Under the pieces are notes generated by a model that worked only from the letters and a program-made list of their open reading frames with translations, searched no databases and was not told the origin of the DNA. DNA of 64,000 nucleotides from a virus (Duplodnaviria > Heunggongvirae > Uroviricota > Caudoviricetes). Shown here piece by piece: positions 24,737 through 33,858 of the stretch; the stretch's first letter is position 1; each line of letters begins with the position of its first letter. A program made the position numbers and the translations under genes. The stretch lies in the IMG/VR virus record IMGVR_UViG_3300042554_002438, one strand, 5' to 3'.

Positions 24737-26248
24737 TTAATATGTGATTAATTCTTTAAATCTGTTAATTATTGATTTGATTTCGTTTAAAGATTCGGCA
24801 ACATTGGTTTCACCAGGGGTTGCTGCACCTTCAACGTTTGGAGCATATTTTTCAATCTGTTGAATAATAAACATTGATGTTTCTCTAATAACCTTTTGAA
24901 ATGCTTTAACTTTATCTTTATTTTGTTTCCATAAAGCTAAATAGTTAATTGAGTGTTCGATAGGAAACTCATAAGTTTTCATCACAGTATAAGCAACAGC
25001 TTCAGCATGTAATTCTTTTTCCTCAGATGAAAATTCTCTACCAATAAATAATTTACCGTTAGCTAAACCTTTATTGGCTGGTTGGTGTAAGATCTCATGC
25101 GCTAATTCATGAACAAATGTTGATAATAACCCAGCTCCAACGCTATTTGTTAATAACTCAATGTGACCACCTTTACTAACACCTCTTGCACCACCTAAAT
25201 CGTCTGATTGTTTAATTTTAATACCATTGTCTTCTGAAAAGGCTTTTAGGGCCTCAATCATCACTCTTGATTTCTCATCCTCGGTATCATCATCATTAAA
25301 CCATTTTGGTGGTTCAGGTGCATTAATTTGTTCCACACCAGGTATTGGTTGTACATTTGCATTATCATAAATCGCAACTTCCGTGAATTGGCTTGTACCT
25401 TTGAATTTAACATATCCCTTTTTCAAAGCCCAGTTCCAAAACGCATTGTGCTTTTCTTTTGGGATTGGGTTATTGGGGTCTGTAATTTTAAATGTTCCAC
25501 TTTCAGCGGCATACTCTTGTGGTGATTTCGGATGGTCTTTAATGATTCTAGCAACGTTACTTGCCAAACTACCAGTTCCACCTGGTTTTAAAATCATAAT
25601 TTTTCTAGCATCTGGTTTAGGTTCATAGCCCCTACCCAACCAATATGGTACCGAACCGAATTCTTTAGCACCTTTGGTTGCTTGTAACCATATCATGAAT
25701 GTATTGAAAAAACTATATGAATATCTACCAGTATCTAAAATATAAGCCTTAGCTGCTTTGTTAAACTCAGCGATATCATCCAATAATTTTTGATCATCCA
25801 AACTATCTGCTAACTGATCAATATAGTCGTTAATTAAGTCCAAAGTAACTTTTCCAGATTTTGATTTAACAAACTCAAGAGTACCTTTTACAGTCTCCAA
25901 AAATTCTTTAGCTTTAACCAAAGATTCAACATCATCAAATTTGGTTACCTCTGGTCTACCAGAAATGTCAGCACCTAATATTTGATTAGCAGCTTTAACA
26001 GCATCATTAGCCATTTTAGCTATCTCATCAGCACTTTTGAATCTATCATTCCAGTACCAATGCTTTTCATCGTTATCCCAAGCAGCCCCATACTTTTTGA
26101 ATACGTCTTTGGTTTTAAACGTTTCATTACCAGCTTCTCTTTTATCTGGATTATCCGATACAACAAAAATTCTTTTTTGTCCGTATCTATCGGTTGTACT
26201 TTTTAACCCAATGGCCTCATTAGTCGTTGAATCAATTACTTTAAACAT
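24737..26248 (-). CDS. ArdC-like polyvalent protein: DUF5710-like N-terminus, ArdC-N ssDNA-binding domain, HEXXH MPTase/IrrE-like domain
   Basis: TFKTKDVFKKYGAAWDNDEKHWY; YSYSFFNTFMIWLQ...W...G..PK..ARKIMILKP; FVHELAHEILH...ELHAEAVAYTV. Confidence 0.78.
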   Translation of the reverse strand: MFKVIDSTTNEAIGLKSTTDRYGQKRIFVVSDNPDKREAGNETFKTKDVFKKYGAAWDNDEKHWYWNDRFKSADEIAKMANDAVKAANQILGADISGRPEVTKFDDVESLVKAKEFLETVKGTLEFVKSKSGKVTLDLINDYIDQLADSLDDQKLLDDIAEFNKAAKAYILDTGRYSYSFFNTFMIWLQATKGAKEFGSVPYWLGRGYEPKPDARKIMILKPGGTGSLASNVARIIKDHPKSPQEYAAESGTFKITDPNNPIPKEKHNAFWNWALKKGYVKFKGTSQFTEVAIYDNANVQPIPGVEQINAPEPPKWFNDDDTEDEKSRVMIEALKAFSEDNGIKIKQSDDLGGARGVSKGGHIELLTNSVGAGLLSTFVHELAHEILHQPANKGLANGKLFIGREFSSEEKELHAEAVAYTVMKTYEFPIEHSINYLALWKQNKDKVKAFQKVIRETSMFIIQQIEKYAPNVEGAATPGETNVAESLNEIKSIINRFKELITY

Positions 26249-26252
26249 TTTC

Positions 26253-26594
26253 TTATTTTTCTAATTCATTTATTTTATTTTCTAATTCTTCTTTTGGTGG
26301 AATAATGAACTGATTTTGAAAACTCATCATCTGTTCTTGTCTATTTAATTTAGACATTTCATTATTTAATTTGTTGTAAACACCAAATTCAGCTTTATAC
26401 TGAATAATTAACATGTTATTTTCGGTTGGTATTAAAGTTTGTAAACTATCATTTTGAACCTGAAGAATATCACGTTCTTTAGTTAACCTTTTAATCTTAC
26501 CGTTTTTACTGCAATTTTGCATGGACATAACTAGTATTAAAAAAATAACACTAATCATTCCATACTTATTAAAAAAATTTTTAATTTTTTCCAT
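26253..26594 (-). CDS. membrane-anchored coiled-coil protein, spanin-like
   Basis: TM ISVIFLILVMSMQNCS then a coiled coil; ATATTTAT 22 nt upstream (26617-26624). Confidence 0.55.
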   Translation of the reverse strand: MEKIKNFFNKYGMISVIFLILVMSMQNCSKNGKIKRLTKERDILQVQNDSLQTLIPTENNMLIIQYKAEFGVYNKLNNEMSKLNRQEQMMSFQNQFIIPPKEELENKINELEK

Positions 26595-26632
26595 AATTTA
26601 GTATTTTGCCTTATTAATAAATATTTAGAGTT

Positions 26633-27430
26633 TTATAAGAGTTCAAATAATTCCTTAGAATAGAACCTTAATTTTTTAATCGCCTTTTCTTTTATCTGGC
26701 GAACACGCTCTTTTGTTAGGTTAAGTTCCTCAGATATATCCTGTAACGTCAAGGGCTCCCCATCTAAACCAAAATACTTGGTTACAACGTATTGCTCAGA
26801 ATCCGTTAAATTAGATAAAACTATTTTAAGTCTATTAATTAACGAATCATGATCGTCAGAAAAAATCAAATCGGGTCTTTTCGAATTAACATCCTCAATC
26901 ACATCGTACATCGAATTACCTTCATCGTCAAAAGGTGCGTCTAAGTATGTTATTGTTGGTAAACCAAGAATACTGGTTGGTGTTTCGTTCTCGTCCGCAC
27001 TATACTCTTTTGGAGTCTCTTTGCGCAACTTATTCATTTCGTTAATAATGTTCACTGGTAGACGAATTGCCCTAGAATTTTCGTGTAAAGATTGCAACAT
27101 ACTTTGTTTTACCCACCAAACCGCATAAGAAAGGAATCTAACGTTGGTTTGGTCATAATTGTAGCGCTCTGCGGCTTTAATTAAACCATAATTACCCTCA
27201 GATATCAAATCAGATAATGATAAACCTTGATTCTGATATTGTTTTGCCATTGATATGACAAATCTTAAATTAGAATAAATTAACAAATCTTTCGACTTTT
27301 GGCATCCAGTTTTTATTTTATCAATTAGTTTAAATTCTTCCTCACGTGTTAGTGCTGGGTATTTTCTAACATCATAAAGGTAAAGATTAATTTCGGATTG
27401 GTCAATCCAGTGCGAGGTATCTTTGATCAT
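26633..27430 (-). CDS. rpoD: sigma70-family RNA polymerase sigma factor, Bacteroidota sigmaA-like (no region 1.1)
   Basis: NLRFVISMAKQYQNQGLSLSDLISEGNYGLIKAAERY...RFLSYAVWWVKQS...IRLP; region 4 TLQDISEELNLTKERVRQIKEKAIKKLR. Confidence 0.95.
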   Translation of the reverse strand: MIKDTSHWIDQSEINLYLYDVRKYPALTREEEFKLIDKIKTGCQKSKDLLIYSNLRFVISMAKQYQNQGLSLSDLISEGNYGLIKAAERYNYDQTNVRFLSYAVWWVKQSMLQSLHENSRAIRLPVNIINEMNKLRKETPKEYSADENETPTSILGLPTITYLDAPFDDEGNSMYDVIEDVNSKRPDLIFSDDHDSLINRLKIVLSNLTDSEQYVVTKYFGLDGEPLTLQDISEELNLTKERVRQIKEKAIKKLRFYSKELFELL

Positions 27431-28032
27431 TCTTTTGTGTATTTTTTAAGGATTAATTTTTCTTTTTCGGTTAAACTTTCAATACCAGATTCTTTAATTT
27501 TTTCGAGGATTGGATCAATATCGTCCATAGTAATAACATCATCTAAGTTATTCACTAAATTGGTTTCAGACTCCATCTCTTGATGCTCTTGTATTAAACG
27601 CATAAAGGTATATTTCATTTGTTGTAGTACTTCAATAAATTCTTGCACTCTATTTAATGCTTCTGTTGGTGTTTTAAGTTCAGTCATTGGGTCATATAAA
27701 TGTTTGTAATGAACTTGATCCATTGTTTTGGCATGTTTACTTTTTGAGTCAAAGATAAAAAAACTATCCATATACCCTTGATATACTCTGTTAAAAATTT
27801 CTTGCACCTCAAACAAGTTTTTAGTGGTGTCAAATCTTATTACAATACAAGCAGAACCTATGCTATATCTGAACATAGACTTCGTGTCCAAAATAGCTTT
27901 AAACCCGTGTTTAAAGTTTTGTGGATATCTACCTAAAAAAAACATAATATACTCGTTTCTTTTAGGTTGAAATAGTTTGCTCAAACTAACGTATATGTAG
28001 TACCTAATTTTAAATAAAAAATAAGTTATCAT
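27427..28032 (-). CDS. hypothetical protein with a DUF6576-like C-terminus
   Basis: C-terminal IDPILEKIKESGIESLTEKEKLIL. Confidence 0.65.
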   Translation of the reverse strand: MITYFLFKIRYYIYVSLSKLFQPKRNEYIMFFLGRYPQNFKHGFKAILDTKSMFRYSIGSACIVIRFDTTKNLFEVQEIFNRVYQGYMDSFFIFDSKSKHAKTMDQVHYKHLYDPMTELKTPTEALNRVQEFIEVLQQMKYTFMRLIQEHQEMESETNLVNNLDDVITMDDIDPILEKIKESGIESLTEKEKLILKKYTKE

Positions 28033-30422
28033 TCAATTACATTTTCTACTAAAGTGGATATGTTATTATCTTTTCTAACCTTAACCATATGATCGGCCCA
28101 ATCCTGTATTAATGGATTGTGGCTGATAACCCAAATATGCTCGAAGAATTGTTTAAGTTTATCAAAGAATAATCCAATCTTATCCAGATTTTCATTCGAT
28201 ACTTTACCAGTTACCTCATCAAATACTATGATATTTGGTTTTGGTAATGAACAAACTTTACTCAACACACATCTAAGTGCCAAAGAACTCACAGTTTTTT
28301 CATAACCAGATCCAGCGTTTAGTGGTTTTTCAACCCCAGTTGATTGGTCAACCATCCAAAACTCAACCTCACTTTTTTCATTCATTCTCATCTCCAATAT
28401 AAACTCACATGTATCTGAAAGTAATATCTTTAAATGACTGTTTATTAATGGTATCATTGTACCCAGAACCATTTTAGAGATACCATTTTTACCATATACA
28501 TCCAAGTACACCTTGAATATATTATCAATCATCTCTTCGTTTTTAAGCTCTTTCAATAAACCATTATACTCATCGATTTTACTTTTAGATAGTTCAATAT
28601 CTTTTTCAAGGCTTTTGATTTGCAAAGATACCATATTTTTCTCCTGATCCAAGCCATCGATCTTAAATTTTATTGTTTGAATATCGGTATCAATCAATTT
28701 GTTTTTATCCACCATCGCTTTTATCTTACGATATTGGTTTAATTTTTCCAAACCACGGCTCAAACTATCCTCATATGCTTTAAGTTCAACTTTGGCCTTA
28801 TCGACCAATAGGATATTTCTGTTATAAGAATCCCATTTGTTTTTTATCTCATCCATGTGATTCATCGAAGTTGTTATTTCAACAATTTTTTGTTTCACAA
28901 GTTCCCATTCGGACTGTTTGCTTGAAAGTAATTTTTCGTTATCAGCAATTTCTTTTTTATGGTCAACATGATCCAAAGGTCTTTTACACGTTTGGCAAAT
29001 CTCACTGTTTTTCAACATGTCAATCGTTTGACTGGTTGAGCTTATTTCAAGGCGCAATGTAATTTCAGCTTCTGTATTTTCTTTTAGAGCCAACTTTTGT
29101 GTGCCGTAAAAATCGATATCATACTCCTCACCTGGTATCGGTATTTGTGATTCCAGTGTTTTTATTTCATTAGTTTTTTGTGTAACCAAACCTTCAACTT
29201 TATCTATGCCAGATTGGATGGTTTCTTCATCCAATTTATACAACTCGCTATCAATATCATTATATCTTGTTTTAAATAGTTCCTCGCGTGTTTTATTTAA
29301 ACCATTTATCTGTACCTTATAATTATCTTCAGTTTGCTTTTGTGAGATAATCATCAGTTCATTTTGCCCTATTTTATCATTTTCCGTATCAATTTTAGCT
29401 AAAATCTCCTGACTATTATTATGATACAACTTAGATTTTTCTTTCCACTCGGTGTGTTTTTTCTTAGCAATCTTCTCTTTTTCACGGAAAAACTCCAAAC
29501 CGATAAATCTAGTTAAAATTCTACCCCTTTCGGTTGGTTTTGTTTTTATCAGATCATCCAGGTTATCGCCCGTTGTGAGAATTGTGATTAAAAAATCATC
29601 GTAGGTTCCGACATAAGTTTTAATCAATTCATCGGTAAATTTACGTTGTTCGCCATTGAGTTGTTTTATACCGCCTCTTGGTAATACTTGATAAAAATCA
29701 ACCTCACCCTTGCATGCATGACCATCTTTTGATTTCTTTCTACTTATGGTTCTTTTAATAATATATGTGTCACCCTCGATATCAACCTTACCCTTAACCT
29801 CAACCAAATCATCTTCACTAAAACGATTGAAGATTTCTTCATTTTTATCCGTTTTGGTGGTTGTACCAAAGAAAAGAAACAATAATAAATCAACGGTTAA
29901 TGTTGTCTTACCACCGTAATTTGGTGGGTCAGATATAACCGATGTAATGCCATTCTTGTCCTCAAAAGTTATCTTATTATTTTTACCGTATGATAAGAAA
30001 TTTGAAAACTCTATTTCTTTAATTTTAAAAGTCTTATACCTATTGGTGTGTTCCTTATAATTTTCAAGTTCAAGATTAACAGATGAGTCAAGTTTCATCA
30101 GATGTGCTAAAGATACTGATATATTATTATCTTTAATATATTGCTCAATAAGCGATTTTTGGTAATTTTCATCCAATACCAATTCGGAAGCATCGGCGGC
30201 CCCCTCAACCACAACACTTGAATTTTTAGATGTGATTGGTTTAAATATAACTTTTACCTTATTGGTTTTATATTTCGTTTGGAAATACTTCTCGATTTGC
30301 TTTTCTTTATGATTAGAATGGTTATCTAATGTATCTTCCCAAATTACCTTAATATAATTATTGCTGTCGTATATCTGTTCGTCAGCTAGCTTAGATTTTG
30401 TCGTAGACTCTGTAATCATCAT
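28029..30422 (-). CDS. sbcC: SbcC/Rad50/gp46-like recombination ATPase
   Basis: EFSNFLSYG, Walker A NYGGKTT, zinc hook CQTC, GSGYE signature, Walker B IIVFDE, ISHN. Confidence 0.93.
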   Translation of the reverse strand: MMITESTTKSKLADEQIYDSNNYIKVIWEDTLDNHSNHKEKQIEKYFQTKYKTNKVKVIFKPITSKNSSVVVEGAADASELVLDENYQKSLIEQYIKDNNISVSLAHLMKLDSSVNLELENYKEHTNRYKTFKIKEIEFSNFLSYGKNNKITFEDKNGITSVISDPPNYGGKTTLTVDLLLFLFFGTTTKTDKNEEIFNRFSEDDLVEVKGKVDIEGDTYIIKRTISRKKSKDGHACKGEVDFYQVLPRGGIKQLNGEQRKFTDELIKTYVGTYDDFLITILTTGDNLDDLIKTKPTERGRILTRFIGLEFFREKEKIAKKKHTEWKEKSKLYHNNSQEILAKIDTENDKIGQNELMIISQKQTEDNYKVQINGLNKTREELFKTRYNDIDSELYKLDEETIQSGIDKVEGLVTQKTNEIKTLESQIPIPGEEYDIDFYGTQKLALKENTEAEITLRLEISSTSQTIDMLKNSEICQTCKRPLDHVDHKKEIADNEKLLSSKQSEWELVKQKIVEITTSMNHMDEIKNKWDSYNRNILLVDKAKVELKAYEDSLSRGLEKLNQYRKIKAMVDKNKLIDTDIQTIKFKIDGLDQEKNMVSLQIKSLEKDIELSKSKIDEYNGLLKELKNEEMIDNIFKVYLDVYGKNGISKMVLGTMIPLINSHLKILLSDTCEFILEMRMNEKSEVEFWMVDQSTGVEKPLNAGSGYEKTVSSLALRCVLSKVCSLPKPNIIVFDEVTGKVSNENLDKIGLFFDKLKQFFEHIWVISHNPLIQDWADHMVKVRKDNNISTLVENVIE

Positions 30423-30711
30423 TTAATGTTGCTTTTTTAAATACTTTTTTAGGTTCTTCTTTTGGTGGCTCTGGTATTTTTGGTTGTTCTGGCAAAGATA
30501 CGGGTTTTTCTGGCTCATATACCATAGGCTCTGGTTTTTTTTCCACATTTTTTACAAACTCAGGCGCTGTACCATATTTTTCCACCATAAACCCCTTCTC
30601 AAGTAACTCGGTGCAGAACAAATCAATATTTTCTATATTGTTTGCCTTACAATATAGTTTTATGTCATCGTGTAATTGTTTTTTGATATTAAGCGTTAGT
30701 GAGTTGCTCAT
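30391..30711 (-). CDS. hypothetical protein; likely start MSNSL at 30711
   Basis: 106 aa with a Pro/Glu/Lys-rich tail, lying between sbcD and sbcC. Confidence 0.7.
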   Translation of the reverse strand: MSNSLTLNIKKQLHDDIKLYCKANNIENIDLFCTELLEKGFMVEKYGTAPEFVKNVEKKPEPMVYEPEKPVSLPEQPKIPEPPKEEPKKVFKKATLNDDYRVYDKI

Positions 30712-31492
30712 TTCCGTTTTCAATATCTTCAAAGTCGTTTATCTTAAAATTAAGATATTTTATTGGATTTTCAATATCGGTAAAATCATAAGACAATACT
30801 TTATTACCATCAACTCTCAATGTATTATATCCATGCTCTGATATCGTTTCAGAAAAATCTTGTTGAATAAAGCTACCTGGCATAATCACGTGAACACCTC
30901 TTTTAGTTCGCAACACTTGTCTTTTGTGTATATCACCACAAAGAACAACGTCACAAACATTAAATTTCTCAACATCAGCGCCATGTAAGAAAGTGAACCC
31001 TAAGTTATTTGTTGCACCATTAATAATACCATGGTACAACCCAATTTTAACTTTTTCTGGATATGTGTTTATCATCGCAGCTTCTGGAGTCATGTTGTTA
31101 TCGTAGATTGAATAAACGACCCAAGCAACATTATCGTCAACAAAAACATCTGATTTAGTGTAGTATATAATGTTTTCAACATCCAGTGCGTTTATGATTG
31201 GTGTTAATGCATCCATTCGTTCTTTATTCTGCTCAACAATATCGTGGTTTCCTGGAATAATAACAACCTTACCCGTTAGTTTTGAACATTCATTCAAAAA
31301 CCACGAAACTTCATTAACCAACTCTGGGCTTATTTGATTTCTGGAGTGAACAATGTCACCAGCAATAACAATCCGATCTGGTTTAACGGATTTCATTTGG
31401 TCGATAAAATTTTCACATATCGCTCTAAATTCAATGTGTCGCTGAAAATTCCTAAAGTGAATATCAGCAATGTGTACAATCTTCTGTATCAT
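30689..31492 (-). CDS. sbcD: SbcD/Mre11/gp47-like nuclease
   Basis: HIADIH, AGDIVH, IPGNHD, LYHG, CGDIHKRQ, PGSFIQQDFSE. Confidence 0.93.
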   Translation of the reverse strand: MIQKIVHIADIHFRNFQRHIEFRAICENFIDQMKSVKPDRIVIAGDIVHSRNQISPELVNEVSWFLNECSKLTGKVVIIPGNHDIVEQNKERMDALTPIINALDVENIIYYTKSDVFVDDNVAWVVYSIYDNNMTPEAAMINTYPEKVKIGLYHGIINGATNNLGFTFLHGADVEKFNVCDVVLCGDIHKRQVLRTKRGVHVIMPGSFIQQDFSETISEHGYNTLRVDGNKVLSYDFTDIENPIKYLNFKINDFEDIENGNEQLTNA

Positions 31493-32229
31493 TATGATAA
31501 TAGTTTAATTTTATAGTGTTCAATAAGCATTTCAGCTTCTCTTTTCATATACCCAATTGGTATCAATCTGAATGTTTGTGTAAATTTATCCCAATAAAAT
31601 AAACCACCTCTGTTAAATTTTCTACCCGTCTCTCTTTCGTACATCACACCATACACCGATAACTGCAATGTGTAATCATTATATTGGCAATGTGGTAAAT
31701 GGCTCACTGGAAAATGTAAATATTCCCCATATCTATTTTCAAACTCAAACTTTTTATTCGTTTTGAAATCCCATACATTAAACATGTTGTTCGGTAAATC
31801 CTCAATAATGTCAGATGTACCAGCAATACCCTTTTCTGGGGTAAACTCAATTGACATTATATGTTCTGGTTTAATGTCATCATTTTGTAAAAGATTCAAC
31901 CCCTCCTCATCACAAACCATTCTAAAAGCATTTATAACGCTTCTTTCAAAATCGTCTCTAGGTGAGTATAATCTTTTTGGGGCCAATAAGAATCTTTCAA
32001 GAATTTCATGTAAGTTTGTTCCATACTCATTGGCCAATCTGTTAATCTCTCGCCATTCGGCAATAATTTCTTGTTTTGTCACACCTTTCTTCTGCGCAAC
32101 TCTTTCTGCGTGATAATCCTCATCGAATTTATCTTTGTAATTACCCAACATAGTTGTAACCGAAGTGTATTTGCAATTCGGCGCTAAATCATTCACATAT
32201 GTATGTGTTTCTGCTATTAATCTAATCAT
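31492..32229 (-). CDS. PD-(D/E)XK exonuclease (Cas4/RecB-like)
   Basis: YTSVTT, GTNLHEILE, IAGTSDII...VWDFKTNK, YTLQLSVYG. Confidence 0.9.
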   Translation of the reverse strand: MIRLIAETHTYVNDLAPNCKYTSVTTMLGNYKDKFDEDYHAERVAQKKGVTKQEIIAEWREINRLANEYGTNLHEILERFLLAPKRLYSPRDDFERSVINAFRMVCDEEGLNLLQNDDIKPEHIMSIEFTPEKGIAGTSDIIEDLPNNMFNVWDFKTNKKFEFENRYGEYLHFPVSHLPHCQYNDYTLQLSVYGVMYERETGRKFNRGGLFYWDKFTQTFRLIPIGYMKREAEMLIEHYKIKLLS

Positions 32230-33199
32230 TTAATCTATAATTTTTTTGTTTAAGCCATGTTTTTAATTGTTCTTGACCATATGTTTGGTTGAAACTCGAC
32301 ACATCATGGTCTGATGGCATCAAATTTAATAAAATTTTCTTTCTTAACCTACCAGCATTTAATTTATTAAAGATTTTTACAGAATCTTCATATGCATCTG
32401 GGTCTAAAACTATAATAATAAGGTTATTAGCCTTAAAATAAAGTTCGGAAAATAATTTATCATAAAGTTTTTTACCGAGTAATGGAATGCTATTAGGAAT
32501 TACTATGTGGTCAAAGGCACCCTCAACCAGAAATATAGCTTTATCCCAATTAATTAAATTCTCATTAAAAATTATCTCGGTTTTATCTACCTCAGGATTG
32601 AGGTATTTGTATTTTTTTGTGTACTTTGAAATTGATCTTGTAACGAAATAGTTAAGATCACCTTCTTTATCAAAAGATGGTATAACAACTCGATTTTGGT
32701 ATTTACCACCTAAGCAAAACCCTATTTGGTATTTTTCAATCATCTCATCCGTGATACCGCGACCATATAGATAAGAAAATGCGGGTTTAAAATCACGGTA
32801 ATTTTGTTTACCAACTAACTGAAAATACTCACTTGGTAGTTTTAAAACTTCTTTTTTAGGTACAAATTCTTTAGCAGTGTAATAGTCGCCAGTGAATGTA
32901 AACTTGCCACCGATAAAGCGCCTTAAAAGCTCTCTATCCGCAAATTCTTTAAATAAATTATAAATTTTACCCTTGGTTCCATGTGTCTCGGCGCACGACC
33001 AACAATTATAGACACCCATGTCATAATTAACCTCGAGATTTCCCTTACCGTCAAATTCAACACCCTTCATAGCTGAACAACTGGGGCAATCAAAAGAAAC
33101 CTGGCCTTTACTTGCATAGTGCTTCCTAGGCTCACCAAGAAATTCTTCAAGGAGTTGAATTAGTTGTTCGTGTTTTCTATCAGTGTCCAAATCGTACAT
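32222..33199 (-). CDS. dnaG: DNA primase (zinc finger plus TOPRIM)
   Basis: FDCPSC...YNCWSC, YLYGRGI, RVVIPS, YLNP, LVEGAFD, LDPDA. Confidence 0.92.
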   Translation of the reverse strand: MYDLDTDRKHEQLIQLLEEFLGEPRKHYASKGQVSFDCPSCSAMKGVEFDGKGNLEVNYDMGVYNCWSCAETHGTKGKIYNLFKEFADRELLRRFIGGKFTFTGDYYTAKEFVPKKEVLKLPSEYFQLVGKQNYRDFKPAFSYLYGRGITDEMIEKYQIGFCLGGKYQNRVVIPSFDKEGDLNYFVTRSISKYTKKYKYLNPEVDKTEIIFNENLINWDKAIFLVEGAFDHIVIPNSIPLLGKKLYDKLFSELYFKANNLIIIVLDPDAYEDSVKIFNKLNAGRLRKKILLNLMPSDHDVSSFNQTYGQEQLKTWLKQKNYRLND

Positions 33200-33215
33200 T
33201 AAAGCCTATTTCAGG

Positions 33216-33247
33216 CAAAAATAGACAATTAATTTAAGAAAACCAAA
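33216..33247 (-). promoter_or_regulatory. Bacteroidota sigmaA-type promoter heading the primase-sigma operon
   Basis: Minus strand TTTG-N20-TATTTTTG. Confidence 0.7.
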
Positions 33248-33248
33248 T

Positions 33249-33848
33249 TTACTCGAAAATATTTTTAATGTGGGCGAACGACAAACAAACAGTGTAAGCG
33301 TCACTCATATCAAAATTTTCTTTTTTTAATTGGCCTTTTTTGTCTAAAAGCCAACTAATTTTTGGTTCTCGTTTGGATACCTTTTCCCAGATAACTCGTT
33401 TTTTGTCTATTTCTTTTGGATACGCCCCGAATAAAACAATTTTACCAGTTGCACCTGGTTGCATTAATTCTGGAAAAGCGTTTTTCCTCGCTTCATATGT
33501 ACTAATATATTCTGGTGTCACACCAAGTTTGTCATAGCATATTTTTGTGACCATACCATTAAACCTTAATAAAGTACCAACTGTGTTTACGTTGTTCGAT
33601 CTTAATAGTGGTTCTTCAATTAAAATGTGCTTAACATTCATTTTTGAATATTTTTCAATAAATTCGGAAAACAAATCAGCTTTTTTTATTAATTCCTCAG
33701 TTTTACTTTCTGGTGTTGGTTTTGCTTTTGGCGAAATATGTGTTAGTTCTAAAAGTTGCCCTTTACTATTAAAAAGTGCAACGCCAATTGTTTTTGTTGA
33801 TACATCAAGTCCAAGTAAGTAGTAATCTTCTTGTATCTCTTTTTTCAT
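33249..33848 (-). CDS. ruvC: RuvC-like Holliday junction resolvase
   Basis: LGLDVSTKTIGVA, ILIEEP, FDMSDAYTV. Confidence 0.85.
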   Translation of the reverse strand: MKKEIQEDYYLLGLDVSTKTIGVALFNSKGQLLELTHISPKAKPTPESKTEELIKKADLFSEFIEKYSKMNVKHILIEEPLLRSNNVNTVGTLLRFNGMVTKICYDKLGVTPEYISTYEARKNAFPELMQPGATGKIVLFGAYPKEIDKKRVIWEKVSKREPKISWLLDKKGQLKKENFDMSDAYTVCLSFAHIKNIFE

Positions 33849-33858
33849 AAAAATTAAA

